Shown here: piece after piece, positions 25,435-39,392 of the stretch
Position numbering within the stretch: the stretch's first letter is position 1
How the letters are laid out: every line of letters begins with the position of its first letter
Assembly (NCBI GenBank): GCA_951406725.2
Contig: OX597816.1
Location: 176,142,001 to 176,206,000 of the forward strand
Reading direction: 5' to 3'
Source: Octopus vulgaris
Taxonomy: Eukaryota
Length of the DNA: 64,000 bases
The notes under the pieces: model-generated
Seen by the model: the letters and a program-made list of their open reading frames with translations, nothing else
Databases searched by the model: none
Told to the model about the DNA's origin: nothing
Translations under genes and position numbers: made by a program

Positions 25435-25791
25435 CGCTGGATACATTGGGCGTTCGTCTGGTATGTTGTTTTTTGTTCATTTTTTATAAATCTTGAATTA
25501 TGCTTGCACTGAGGATTAAAAAGTGGATTTGTGCACTAATTATGAAATCATATGATATGCAGCTGAATTCTGTTTTTAAGAGGCTGGCCTCAAGAGTTAC
25601 ATTCCTTCACATTCAGTACTATGTATTTATTTATTTTGGTAGTTTAAACTTTAAGAGTCCCTCCTAGTGTGTGGCATTTATGTATTGTAATGCCCTCAAT
25701 ATAAATAAATGTATTCAAGAGAAAAATTGATGGATTTTTCTCTCATGAGGTTTTACTTGATGAATTCTTTTAAAGATTTTATCCTATTTTT

Positions 25792-25864
<73 letters not shown>

Positions 25865-26039
25865 ATAAATATTAGGGAATAAATCCAAATTTACAGGGAA
25901 AAAATCAGATTTAGGATTAAATCCAATTTTATAGTAAAATATTATAAAATATTATTAGAGACAAAACCACTATTTTGCAAAACAAACAAGGAAAGACTTA
26001 ATCAATACATAAAATTTTAATAAATAGTCAAAAAAACCG

Positions 26040-26082
26040 CCACTACAATTGTTTCTTGTCTTGATCGACAATCTTCAGGTGG
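26040..26082 (-). ncRNA. Minimal type I hammerhead ribozyme (inverted copy)
   Basis: Exact reverse complement of 26124-26166. Confidence 0.88.
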
Positions 26083-26123
26083 ACTTCCAATATATCAGTT
26101 TCATAATTTGATATATTGGAAGT

Positions 26124-26166
26124 CCACCTGAAGATTGTCGATCAAGACAAGAAACAATTGTAGTGG
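26124..26166 (+). ncRNA. Minimal type I hammerhead ribozyme
   Basis: ccac CTGAAGA ttgtc-gatcaa-gacaa GAAAC aatt GTA gtgg: canonical core, all three stems paired. Confidence 0.88.
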
Positions 26167-26253
26167 CGGTTTTTTTGACTATTTATTAAAATTTTATGTA
26201 TTGATTAAGTCTTTCCTTGTTTGTTTTGCAAAATAGTGGTTTTGTCTCTAATA

Positions 26254-26285
<32 letters not shown>

Positions 26286-26581
26286 CAGAGCAATTAATAC
26301 GCAAGAAAAATAATTCACGAATAAATAATTTGCGAAGATGCCATTGACTCTGTTATTATGTAGTGTAACAATTTAAAAATGATAATAACAGAATAATATA
26401 GGCGATTGCAGGCCCCCCAAAAAGCATTAAATAACTGAAGGATTAAAATTAATCAAAGGACAAACTAAGTATGTCTACCTGCTGGAAATAACACTCAAAA
26501 CTCGTATTTTGGCGATTTAAATAAGAGATTTGACTGTTATTTCCAGCAGGTAGACATACTTAGTATGTTCTTTGATTAATT
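26286..26581. repeat. Fold-back repeat, same family as 5635-5851
   Basis: Shared body (gataataacagaat...gcaggccc...aaaattaatcaaagga). Terminal inverted arms 26446-26492 and 26533-26581. Confidence 0.75.
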
Positions 26582-26871
26582 GCAATATGTGTGTGTGCAC
26601 GCGCGCGCGTGCGTGAGTCTGTGTGTGTGTGTGTGTTTCTGTGTCTGTGTTTGTCCCCAACATCGCTTGGCAACCGATGCTAGTGTGTTTACATCCCCGT
26701 AACTTAGTGGTTTGGCAAAAGAGACCAATAGAATAAGTACTAGGCTTTCAAAGAATAAGTCCTGGGGTTGATTTGCTCGACTAAACGCGGTGCTCCAGCA
26801 TGGCCGCATTCAAATGACTGAAACAAGTAAAAGTATATATATATATATCTATTTATCTATCTATCTATCTA

Positions 26872-26915
<44 letters not shown>

Positions 26916-27001
26916 CATTAAACATTAAGTTTGGGTCAACATTAAATTTGTTTCTATAAAAAGAGACAAATATTTCTTGTTGCATATATATATTTTTATA
27001 T

Positions 27002-27212
27002 AACGGGAAGCTTTATGAAAATAAACAAAAGACGAAGGCAGGTGGAGTACAAACAAACAATTGTATTAGTATGGCGCTCAGGAATATAAATAAAACAAGT
27101 CTTTTACGTTTCGAGCCGACGCTCTTCAACAGAAAGATACACAGAAAAGAAACACAGAAAGAAACAAGGAGAGAAAAAAAATGTGTGCAGAGGCTAGCGA
27201 ATCAACATGGCG

Positions 27213-27213
<1 letters not shown>
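27002..27213 (-). mobile_element. PLE 3' terminal piece with hammerhead (27099-27138)
   Basis: Near-identical to 793-1002. Minus strand: tcttt CTGTTGA a gagc-gtcg-gctc GAAAC GTA aaaga. Confidence 0.8.
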
Positions 27214-27253
<40 letters not shown>

Positions 27254-27571
27254 GATATATAATGTATGCCTTTTTTCCAATGTGTACAAAAAAACACGGA
27301 AAAATAAATAAATAGTTATCAGGGTAGCAAAAATTCACTTAAGTGTCAAGGATATTACAGCCTACTTATAAAGGTAGAAATTCCAGGGTTAAGTGAAATG
27401 TTTTTGTATAACAGAGATAAATTAAGAAATGGAGGTTATTTCAATCTTCATACTTCGACATGTTTCAAAGAGTGTCAGTGTTTTGAAGAATATCAATGTT
27501 TTCTTCGAAACATATGTCGGAAGTATAAAGATTTTAACAACACCTGAGTTTGACTCAATTTCTCAATTTAT

Positions 27572-27627
<56 letters not shown>

Positions 27628-28099
27628 GAAGATTAATTAATTAATTAATCAATTAATTAATTGATTGGTTAATAATTAATAATTCTACAAAGTTGTCAGT
27701 ACGTTAAAATAACCTTTTTAGGTGAACTATACAATATATTCTATAATTATATATGTAATTATAATCAGGAGTCAACTAATTGCTTCGGTACATATCAAAA
27801 TTAGAAATGAACTTAATGTTGAGTTTGGCCTCCTTTCCTAAATTTTTCGGCTAATTTTCAGAGCTTTCCTAAATCTTTGGGCTAATTCTCCATGGGCTGT
27901 GGCCTCTTGAAACATTACTCCTTGATATTTGTCGGCCTTGTACCATCCTGTTCATCCTGTTTCCTTTGTCACAAACTCTGTTTCCTATTCCAGTCTTTAC
28001 TTCGTATCTAGGGAAGGCACCACTGGTTTCATTACATATAATGCTATCTGACTTCTTTCTAGCTAGGAGCTAGAAAGACCAAAGATAACATTATATGTA

Positions 28100-28518
28100 T
28101 AGGCACAGGAGTGGCTGTGTGGTAAGTAGCTTGCTAACCAACCACATGATTCCGGGTTCAATCCCACTGCGTGGCATCTTGGGCAAGTGTCTTCTGCTAT
28201 AGCCTCGGGCCGACCAAAGCCTTGTGAGTGGATTTGGTAGACGGAAACTGAAAGAAGCCTGTCGTATATATGTATATATATATATGTGTGTGTGTGTCTG
28301 TGTGTGTTTGTGTGTCTGTGTTTGTCATTCTAGCATTGCTTGACAACTGATGCTGGTGTGTTTATGTCCCTGTCACTTAGCGGTTCGGCAAAAGAGACCG
28401 ATAGAATAAGTACTGGGCTTACAAAGAATAAGTCCCGGGGTCGATTTGCTCGACTAAAGGCGGTGCTCCAGCATGGCCGCAGTCAAATGACTGAAACAAG
28501 TTAAAGAGCAAAAGAGTA
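28100..28518 (+). mobile_element. SINE family A, full length
   Basis: Matches 23666-24082. Confidence 0.9.
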
Positions 28519-29530
28519 TATGTAAGTAAACAAATAGATAAGTAGATAGATAGGTACATAGGTAGTATGGACGGATACGCACACACATGCACAAGGCTGA
28601 AACGCATGACCATATACACACACTTCACACATACACACACACAAACACAAAGACGCATGGAAACACACATCCATACATAACAGATGCACGTACATAGTCA
28701 CACAAACCCATACACATAGACACATTTAAACATGCACACACAAGGAGATAGAGAGGTACACACACAAATACACACAGAAACACATACAAACGCACAAATA
28801 TGGACACAAACACATGTATAGGCAGAATACTTACACACAAACGTACACACATGCATAAATATATATATATATGCATACACACACACATGCATATATATAC
28901 ACATATACATACATACATGCATGCATACATATGTGTATACACATGCACCCTGATGCACACAAAAAAGAATGCAGTTCTGATAATGGACAGTCAACAACTA
29001 TTGAAGAGTTTGCAAAAAGCAACAAAAATTTTAGAAAAAATGAGTGAGTAAATGAGGGGAAATGGAAACGGTGGGTGTGATTAAACGGTAAGGCATTAAA
29101 ACAGAATGACTCTCCCAAGACATAATGAGATATGCATCAAAACTTGAATTCACATAAAGAATCTTGCAAACCAAATACAAGAGCGAAATATATGTATATA
29201 TATATAAATAAATATAAGAGAGTGGTCACTATATGGCTCTATTATAATATATTATAAAATATTATAATAATCCAGGTTTCTCGGAGCACTAGGCCACTTG
29301 GTGTTGAATAGATATACTATTAAATTAGTATCTAATTCTCTCACCCTTATTAATTAATTATAATTATGCTGCATTTATTTCTAAATGCTGTATTTGTTTT
29401 CCGTGAAAGTCTGGCGCGCTGTTAGTTGGGGCATTTGAATTATAACGTCGGATGTAATCAATTGAACCACACGCGTATTTATCGTTATGGTAAAATCTGG
29501 CGTGTGATTGAGTGGATTTCATCCAGATAG

Positions 29531-29612
29531 TTTTGGCTGACGAGCTACAAGTGGATTTTTTTGTAAGTAAAATTACATTTAATTCATTAATAGCGAAACA
29601 ATTGTCCCAAAA
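29531..29612 (+). ncRNA. Type I hammerhead ribozyme with long loop II
   Basis: ttttgg CTGACGA gcta...tagc GAAAC aatt GTC ccaaaa. Confidence 0.85.
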
Positions 29613-29888
29613 TAATCTGTATTTTTGTTATTTTTTATTTGCCCTGTCCGTGTGAGCTAACAATCGTACTGACTTTCATGGGAAACATGTATTTTTGTGG
29701 TTGAAACCTTTTGGATTAACTGGTGCTAGAGTGAGCCATATAGTGACCACTCTCTTATATTTATTTTGTAAAAATATTATAATATATTATAAAATATTAT
29801 AATAATCCAGGTTTCTCGGAGCACTAGGCCACTTGGTGTTGAATAGATATATTATTAAATTAGTATCTAATTCTCTCACCCTTATTAA

Positions 29889-29959
<71 letters not shown>

Positions 29960-30105
29960 TAAAACGGTAAGATAACAAAAGAAAGAAAGAGACCTCAATA
30001 TTATGTAAATAGAGGAAATTTATCTATACAATAATATGTTATATTACTCAATAGTCAAGATAAAACTCTGAGTTTTATCTTGACTATCAAGTAATGTAAC
30101 ATATT

Positions 30106-30185
<80 letters not shown>

Positions 30186-31634
30186 TAAAATCAAGTAAAG
30201 GTAATAAACCTCATAAAGGAATCATAAATCCCATGAAAATAAATCCAATGAAAATACTGGTTAGTTGCCAATCTAAAGAAAGTTCAACTATAAGGTAACC
30301 ATATAAACCGTGATTCATATATTTATATATTTAAAGAATAAGGAGAAAATAGAGAGGTGTCTAATAAAATTATTTATTAATTATAAAATATGACATCTCT
30401 GACAACTGTTTTGTTTCAGAAATCTTTAGATAATTAATTTATAAAAATAAAATCATTATAAGATGAATCTCTTCAGAGGTAGTAAAGATATACTGATTAG
30501 AAATACATTTTGAGATAAAGGCTTATAAAGATTTTTGAATCAAAACAGTTGTCAGAGATGTTGTCATATTTTATAATTAATAAATAATTTTATTAATTAC
30601 CTCTCCATTTTCTCCTTATTCTTTAAATATATAAATATATGAATCACGGTTTATATGGTTACCTTATAGTTGAACTTTCTTTAGATTGGTAACTAACCAG
30701 TATTTTCATTGGATTTATTTTCATGGGATTTATTTTCATGGGATTTATTTTCATGGGATTTCTGATTCCTTTATGAGGTTTATTACCTTTACCTGATTCT
30801 TTTAATGGTTTTTAACTTGGTTTATTATTACTTCTACAATAATAATATTAACCAGATATGAATAATACTGGTAAAATGGAGATGGCAAAAATTGACTCCT
30901 CTCTTAAGGATGTCCCCATCCCTCCAAGGAATATATACATAAAGGAGCTCATTTCCAAAATGAATGACTTTACCTATAGACTCAGATGGAAGACTTTTTA
31001 TTTTGACAAAAAACAGGAAATACAAGACTCTGAAAATAACTCAAATAGTGAGACTCTTTCAAGGATATTTAAAATGAAGAAAATTCCTCTATACCAAATA
31101 GTTATCTGGATAAGTTTGAGCGGGACGCAAGGAATACCATTAAAAACTTGAAATTTTAAAAATACCCTCTTAGGAACATGGGCATCAACGAAAACTTAAG
31201 AGCCTTATACATGAACTCAGATCTAAGGATGGAATTTTTGTACACTCAGATAAAACACAAAACACATACAACCTAAATACTGAAACTTATCATAATTTAC
31301 AACACAAAGGAATTACAAAATAATGTAAAGTTGTAAGCAAAAATGCTCTTAGATTAATTAATATAGAAGTTAGGAAAATTATGTTTGATTATAATATTCA
31401 AGACAAAACTGAGCCCTTTGTACCGGTTAGGTCCTGCTTAAAGACCATAAAGAGAATTTCTTAACTGATCCTAAGGTCAGACTTATTTGCCCAGCTAAAT
31501 CACTTTTAGGTAAGCTTAGTAAAATCATCTTAGATAAATACATACCCACACTTAAAAATAAAATAGCCCTAGAATTATGGTCAAATACACAGAAAATTCC
31601 ACTATATTAAACAACACCCTCTTGTTTGCAAGCA

Positions 31635-32118
31635 CTAGCACTAAGACCCGGCGTTGCCAGGTCTAGTGCTTGTTGTTCGTTGCTGGGTCGCAGTAAAAAT
31701 TTCTCATTAAATCAAGATCTAAGTTTCTTATCACATTTCAGTCCTTTTCAGTTTTGTTGTTTATGAGCTAGTTGGAGCTTTTTATGAGAGTAATTAATAG
31801 TCATTGGACTTAGGTTTTCATATCTGGAACGGCATAATCATGGAAAATTAGCGGGACTGTGCACATGCCATTAGTCAGACAAAAAAGGAGGCAGAAGAAA
31901 GCGAAAATCTTGAATTTGGCAGCAAAATAACTTATGGGCGTAAGGGGTCGGTTTATCAATTTTTTAAATGGCTTTCTGGGGTGACTGGGGAAAGGAAAAG
32001 ATCTTCACAACCACCCTCAGACAGTTTTGAAAGCCTATAGAATATGCGAGCCTTTTACGTGAAAAACTGGATTTGTATAAAGGATACACAGACATTTTGC
32101 CGTTTATAGATATAGAGA
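31635..32118 (-). mobile_element. Non-autonomous Helitron nested in PLE
   Basis: CTAG plus hairpin gacccggc-gtt-gccaggtc at one end, TCTCTATATCTATAAAC (minus) at the other. A|T target site. Confidence 0.75.
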
Positions 32119-32920
32119 TTACAATGAAGGAAATAAATGTAATACTTAATAGTATGTAGATCAATTATAGAATTTGACAACAAACTATGGCTCAGAAAGG
32201 ATACCCCTGATAGTTTTGATGTAACTATGGGGTCCCCGAACTCGGCTCAACAGACTTAGTGGGAATCTATCTTCTTCCCATGCTACATGATGAATTCCCT
32301 GAGATTGAGGGTGGATTATATAGAGATGAAGCATTATTCATCGTAAAAAAACTCTCCAATAGACACATGGAACTAATTAAGAAATGACTATAGAAATTCT
32401 TTAAGAGATTTGGTTTTACCATCCCAATTGAAAGAGAGTATAATTCTATAAACTTTTTAGGATGCAAATGTTAATTTAGTAACAGGGCTCCATGAGCCTT
32501 TTAAAAAGCCTAATTCCAATATTAAGTACAGACACTCCCAAAGCAACCACCCAGCATCAATAAAAAGCACTCTAATTAAAAATATCAGCCATAGATTATC
32601 ATACCTCTCATCGAATGAGGATATATTTAATAAACATAAAAACCAATATAACATAGCCTTGACTAACGCAGGTTATAAGGATAAAATAAAATATTTACCA
32701 CATATGAATAATAGTAACATTAACAAGGGAAACATCAGAAGCAAATATAATAGTTATAAAATCAAAAATAATGTTAGTGACAAAATATAAAGGAAAGTGT
32801 GAATAAGCATAAAGTTGAAAATAGAAATAAAAATTATAACAGAAGCAAAAATAGATCAGACAGATATAGAGCAAACTACAATACCCCCCACACACACTCT
32901 ACTAGGAGGAGTTGAAACAT

Positions 32921-32933
32921 AGAAGAAGAGGAA

Positions 32934-32990
<57 letters not shown>

Positions 32991-32993
32991 GAA

Positions 32994-33025
<32 letters not shown>

Positions 33026-33248
33026 AGAAGAAGAGGAAGGAGAGGAAGGAGAAGAAGAAGAAGAAGAGGAAGGAGAAGAAGATGAAGAAGAAGAGGAAGG
33101 AGAGGAAGGAGAAGGAGGAGAAGAAGAAGAAGAAGAAGAAGAGGAAGGAGAGGAAGGAGAAGGAGAAGAAGAAGAAGGAGGAGGAGGAGGAGGAGAAGAA
33201 GAAGAAGAAGAAGGAGGAGGAGGAGGAGAAGAAGAAGAAGAAGAAGAA
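32921..33248. repeat. (GAA/GAG)n microsatellite
   Basis: Visible directly in the sequence. Confidence 0.95.
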
Positions 33249-34314
33249 TATATGGTTGATACTGAATATATGGCGTTACACAATTAAGAGTAATCTAGTA
33301 AAATCTATCCTTTTAATTATAAGCCTTTTAATAATAACAATAAATATCATGAAATTATTAATATTAAAACTATCAAAATAGGGTATAGTTTAACCCAGAA
33401 TCTGGCTACTATTATCTCTGTTATAGATAATAAGAAATTGGACTTATTCTATACAAATAGAATGTAAATATCTGTAATACTGTTAACCCCCTATAGATAA
33501 CCCTAGTGCAAATTTTAATGCCAATAACACATTTTTACAGAGCAGTACATCTACTCATAATATGGTCCATTCATCTAATATCCCTGAAGCCAATATTATA
33601 CCTAATAACTGTGATTGTAGAATTAAAAGTAACTGCTTACTTAGAAATGCATGTAAGCGTAAAAGTGTAGTAGATCAATGTAGTCTAACGGCACAGGGAA
33701 TGAAGAGTTGTTATAAAGGTTCAACACGGAATGAGATTAAGAAACGTTTAGCCTCTCACATCTATTCCTTCAGAAATAGACGTCGATCTGGTTCCACTGA
33801 GTAAATTCATTTGGGAGCTAAAAGATAAGAATATACAGTACGATTTAAAATGGCAAATACTAACCTCTTATCAAATAAATATGAGTAAATGTCATTTGTG
33901 CCTAAATGAAAAATTTTTTATTCTCTTGGCAAGATACCCTATTCTTAACCTTCAGGATGAACACGTCTCCTGTATTCATAGGACAAAATTTGTATTCTCA
34001 AAATACTGATATAATATTTAATTACTTATATATTTTATCACTTGCATTTGCATCCATGTCTAACCCTTTTGACTACATATTTAATCTTTTACCCCCTTTA
34101 CTACATTAAGCTCTTATTTATAATCAACATACTTTTAACCCCTGCTTTATGTATGGATATATATTTACCCTTGTATTAATATTCATATATATCTTGCCTT
34201 TGCATTAATATTCATGTATATCTTATATATTAACTTATTTATCCCTTTCCCATAAACTATATCAAATTTAAATTAAATTCTATGATCAACACAATTTATC
34301 TAACTTTTACCAGG

Positions 34315-34426
<112 letters not shown>

Positions 34427-34427
34427 A

Positions 34428-35700
34428 ATAAATAAAAAAATGGAGTTGAACGACGATTTAACAAAATTCCTTTATTCTCGACATATGTTTCGAAGACTGC
34501 ATATTTCTAATTCCGAAGGAATAAGGGGTGCATTATGCCGCCTTCTCATCAGGAAAGACAAGGAACTTGTGTCAGTATCATGACAAACAAAAACTTTTAG
34601 ATGACTGCCCACACGGAGTCCATAGTGATACTGAGTGTTTCTTTAAAATATTCCGTTATAAGCTGTGACGTCAAAATTGGTTGAATGGAGAAGATTCTAG
34701 AAAGTTCAAGAGTTCAAAAAAGGTTGGAAGGGGAGAGTTCTAAGAATAGGAAGGTGACAGGGTGCAAGTCGTATGTATGGTGATGTGTTGTTGTTTGCTT
34801 TTGCTAATGAGATTGAGTGCCTATGTGTGTGTATGTATATAACTGCATTCGTGTCTATGTGTATGTATGTGTGTGCGTGATTGTGTGTGTGGGGGGATAA
34901 ATGCCAAATACAACTTGTGGTGAAGTGACAGGTTTGTGTCTGTGTGTTTGATTGTGCTTATGATAGAGAGAGGGAGAGAGAGAGGGGGAGAGGTAGAGAG
35001 ACAAAGGTAAAACATGCCCCAACGAATTTGGTAGTAGTCCTTCAAGAAACGGAGTATAAAAATTTGTCTATGGTGGTGTTGTAGAAGTGGAACCAAATTA
35101 TTAAATTCAAGGAGGTTATCTATATTAATCATCATTCATATGAGTGGAAGGTGTGTTTCTGCCAGTGCAAGCACCTATAGGATTTTTCTACCATTGTGTT
35201 TACCAAAGGGAATTTGACGAAAAGTATATAGAAAAGCTCGGAATTACAGACGCCACAAAATTTTCTGCCCTTATCAAACGGAAAGGATACAGACAATATT
35301 GACCATTCCAGCTTGAAAGTTATATTGCTGTCCTTAAGACGCCAAACTAATTTACTTAGTCCTGTACTTTGTTGCTTTCTCTTATCTCGGAAAGTTGAAT
35401 AATGATTGGAAATCCTCTGGGATAATTTAGAAGTAGTCGCCCCAATATAGAATAAGACACTGGTACCAGAAGAAATTTTACACTGGTAAATGGAATTTCT
35501 AATTTTGGAATTACTGGACAAAAACTTTAATCTGTTAGGGTTTGCCACCGAGACTAAGACGGAGTTTTTATTGTTATGATTGCTGTTAATATTATTGTTA
35601 GCACTGACCACTATACTATTCCTATTATTGTTATTATTATTAATTGTACTATCGCCGGCAATATCCCTGACTATAGAAATGCTGCAGTTGTTATCATCTA
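34428..35700 (-). mobile_element. Penelope-like element 3' fragment (GIY-YIG ORF 35132-35611)
   Basis: SIYQCKI..FYIGATT..QRISNH..LSKLVW..LEWSIL..CGVCNSE, with a terminal hammerhead. Confidence 0.85.
34475..34557 (-). ncRNA. Type I hammerhead ribozyme with extended stem II
   Basis: Minus strand: tttc CTGATGA gaaggcggcata...tatgcagtcttc GAAAC atat GTC gaga. Confidence 0.85.
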
Positions 35701-36042
35701 CTATGTATTGTGAATGGTGGAATGCACATATTCTTTTACTGGTGTTATTATTATTATTATTATTAATAATAATAATAATAATAATAGCCTTTTGTAACTT
35801 AATACAATGAACTCTGGACTTTGTATATGTACACTTTCATGTGGATGTGTGTATGTATGTATATTCTAATATATTGATTTGACTAACTGTAACCTTATAT
35901 GTATGTATATTATTATGTATATACTTATATATATGTAGGTGCATGTGTATATACACTTATGTGTATGTGTATATTATGTATATGTACTTATTCTTGTATA
36001 TGTGTACCTTCTCTAATATTCATATTTGAACTGTACTTTATA

Positions 36043-36169
36043 ATCTCAGAAGAGGCCTTGGGATATATATGTAAGTATCTCATTTATAACCACATATTAC
36101 CTTAACACACCTGGTTAATATGAGCATAATGAGATAGTCCTATCTACATGGCCGAAACAGCTGTAAGAT
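36043..36169 (+). ncRNA. Hammerhead motif with U4A change and long loop II
   Basis: atct CAGAAGA ggcc...ggcc GAAAC agct GTA agat. Confidence 0.7.
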
Positions 36170-36473
36170 ATAGTTTATATTTATATTTATTTATATTTAT
36201 TTATACGTATGGTACTTATGGTATCATATTACTCATTGATGTGTACTGTTTTGTTCTGTATTATTGTGTTTGATCTTGATGTTCCAATGTAGTTGGTTAA
36301 TAAATTATGTGAATGGGTATTATCTTGTAGTTGATGATTGATTAAAGTGTATTCCTCTATTTTCTTATTTTGTATTATGAATTTGAGTTAAAACATTTTA
36401 CCTTCGCCTATATAATACAATAAATGAATTAATTGCATCGCAATTCTTAGCATTTATGTATTAGCATAAATTT

Positions 36474-36524
<51 letters not shown>

Positions 36525-36530
36525 TGTATA

Positions 36531-36624
<94 letters not shown>

Positions 36625-36978
36625 TGATATTTACCACGTGAACTATGATGAAAAATATGAGGATGATATAGTATATAATTTTTTTTGTGCAGCAGCTCCT
36701 TGAGACATGTAATTTATTTTAAGGGTTACTGAAGGGTAAAAAGGCTGAGAAACACTTGTATATACTTATTGAAGTGACTGACATTCACTGACCTCGTAAG
36801 GAGAAAAACATGTACTGTGGGCTTCTTTCAGTTTCTGTCTACCAAATCCACTCACAAGGCTTTGATCAGCCCGTGGATAAAGTAGAAAAACACTTGCCCA
36901 AGGTACCACACACACACACATATATATATATATGTATATCTATATGTAAATATATATATGTATGTATATATATATATA

Positions 36979-38275
36979 CTAGCAGAATTGCCCGACGATG
37001 CTCGGGGCTGAATTGCTTGAAAGTATTGTTAATGATTGCACTGAATTATGATGATTATTCAGGCAAATATTGATATAAGTTTACGGTGGGAGATAAGGAC
37101 TTAACGATCAAACGTGTGCCATTGCATTGTTTTGGGGGAACCAAATTTCTGATGAGCATTATAGGGGCACCAACTTTAAGTTTGAGAAAGTGTGGTGGTA
37201 GTCCGGTGGGCTCAAAGGAATTGAATACCTCTATTGGATAGTTGATGATGTCATCTGGGTCAGGAGTTGTATCGATAGACCTATATACATAGACATCCCC
37301 AGGAATGAGTTTTAGCATTTCATCATTAATATGGTGAACAGTTTTATTCCTCGGGGCTAGAATAGCCCTTTGGCCAATCCAATCCATATTCTGATAATTA
37401 GCTTGTAGATCTGGGAACACTGCATCTCTGAGATCATAAGGCGTTTTAACAATGGTACAAATGGAATCGATGGCAATATTACCATTTTCATCCCCTGGTA
37501 TTTTGCCTTCGCCAAGTGCAAGGAGGGTGTGAGAAAATGCTGCTGATGTGATATTACGTCGCATATGAGCACGCATATTGGTGTGAAGTTTGAGAGTCTT
37601 CACCAGTGGCCACAATGTGGATGACTTAAGACACACACTTACTGCATCAGTTCTAGTCCCTTTGGGAATAACAGGAAGTGTTTGTCGGAAGTTCCCTGAA
37701 AGAAGAAGTGTTATGCCTCCCATGGGAGCTGAAGAGTGTTTGATGTCTCTGAGAGATCTATCTAGTGCCTCAAGAGCACCTCTGTGGGCCATCGTGCATT
37801 CATCCCAAATGATAAGCTTGCATCGTCTGAAGACTTCTGCCTGATCGGAGCTGTTACTGATGTTGCAAGTTGGTGTCTCAGTCTTCGCTAAGTCAAGCGG
37901 AAGCTTGAAAGTGGAGTGAGCTGTCCTGCCGCCTGGCAACAAAGTAGCCGCAATTCCAGATGATGCCACAGCTAGGGCAATGCCTTGTGTTCGCCTAATC
38001 TCAGCCAATATTAATTTGTTGAGAAAAGTTTTCCCAGTACCCCCAGGAGCGTCCAGGAAAAAAATTCCCCCAGCTTTGTCCCGGACTAAATTAACAACGG
38101 AGTTGTAAGCGAACTTCTGTTCTGGAAGGAGCTTTGGCTCATTGTCGGCTATGTACTCGGCAAGCTTGTCAACATTAAAACATGTCTCACGCAGCAAATG
38201 TGAAGACAGAGTGTTTGTGCCTTCCCGGTTTGTTGAAGGTAGGCCATAGACCGGCAAGGCACTACCGCCCATATC
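36979..38275 (-). mobile_element. Helitron with partial helicase
   Basis: CTAG end with hairpin cccga-cgatgc-tcggg at 36979-37006, adjacent to the helicase ORF. Confidence 0.9.
37055..38272 (-). CDS. Helitron PIF1-like helicase fragment
   Basis: FFLDAPGGTGKT, VASSGIAATLLPGGRTAHSTF, IIWDECTM, GNFRQTLPV, AILAPRN, LKVGAPIMLIRNL..CNGTRL. C-terminal helicase motifs are missing. Confidence 0.9.
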   Translation of the reverse strand: MGGSALPVYGLPSTNREGTNTLSSHLLRETCFNVDKLAEYIADNEPKLLPEQKFAYNSVVNLVRDKAGGIFFLDAPGGTGKTFLNKLILAEIRRTQGIALAVASSGIAATLLPGGRTAHSTFKLPLDLAKTETPTCNISNSSDQAEVFRRCKLIIWDECTMAHRGALEALDRSLRDIKHSSAPMGGITLLLSGNFRQTLPVIPKGTRTDAVSVCLKSSTLWPLVKTLKLHTNMRAHMRRNITSAAFSHTLLALGEGKIPGDENGNIAIDSICTIVKTPYDLRDAVFPDLQANYQNMDWIGQRAILAPRNKTVHHINDEMLKLIPGDVYVYRSIDTTPDPDDIINYPIEVFNSFEPTGLPPHFLKLKVGAPIMLIRNLVPPKQCNGTRLIVKSLSPTVNLYQYLPE

Positions 38276-39355
38276 AAGTACAGTATCTTCGAACGTAGTT
38301 TGTTACCACACAGCCACACCTGCCCCTATGTATGTGTGTGTGTACGTGTGTGCGTATGGGTAGATATATTATGCATGTATATATGTGTATATATATATAT
38401 GTGTACATATTACATGTACATCTATATATATATATACATCTACACATAAAATACAAAATAGAAAGTTATATCTTGATATCGCTAGTGATAACAATACTCA
38501 AAATATATAACAGACTGGAATTGTAGAATCGTCTCTTGCAATTTCGATCAATTGGATCTTGTATAGAAGTGTACGGCTGCAGCGAAATTCATTTTTGGAC
38601 TTTCTTCTATCGAAGGCATTTTAACAAAAATGCTTCCGTAAAGACGGTGAAAATATTGTCAATTTCCCCAAACAGGGACACAATTCAATTTTAAAACAAT
38701 AACCAAAGCCCCTTCTCCGAAAGGGGGAGGGTTACGGTTTACAATTATTTAACAAATGCAACACAACAACGTTTCCCTGACGAGGAACCAACAAACGTGA
38801 TTACAATAGTCAAACAGTAATAATAATAACAACAAACCTTTTTAATGTATCCCCATTTATGTGAAACAACTTATTCAAGTTCAAGTCATTGATGCAATTT
38901 TATACGAATTGCTAATACACACACACATAATAAGGGTGAAATATTGAATATTAATTTGATTAATATGAATTGAAAACCAGTGGTGTAGCATATAAGACAA
39001 TAGCGGATCTTCCTCTAGCAAAAAGGATGACCAGTATTAATTGCTCATCCCTTTTATATAAATACTTTCACTTTAATTGCTGCACACTTGCAAAGAGAAA
39101 GGAGGAGAAAGTGTAGTGGTAATGGTAGGAGTGAAGCACTTGAAATGAAAGAGGGAAATCGTAAAATATTGAGTTTTCTCGAATTTTTTCTTAATTGGGG
39201 GTGAAATTGAAAAAACTTTACATGCCATGACCCAGTGGAATCTACTTGGAAAAATGATAGGTAAATTCCAATTGAAGAAATTCTATATTGTACAATTGTA
39301 TAAAAAACGAACGGTTTGGGAGGCAGAGAAAATCTGCCGTTTATCATAAGAGATA

Positions 39356-39392
<37 letters not shown>

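Larger units (their letters stand above)
25861..26263. mobile_element. Fold-back PLE terminal repeat in (TA)n
   Basis: Arms 25943-26097 and 26109-26263 are near-perfect inverted copies, each containing a hammerhead. Confidence 0.85.
30188..34310 (+). mobile_element. Penelope-like element, decayed, with inverted 5' terminal repeat
   Basis: Fragments RLRWKTFYF, LKDHKENF..VRLICPAKS, FDVTMGS, GGLYRDE, SNHP and GIY-YIG remnant (NCDCR..C..YKGST..KKRLASH). Inverted arms ~30188-30428 and ~30529-30798. Confidence 0.85.
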
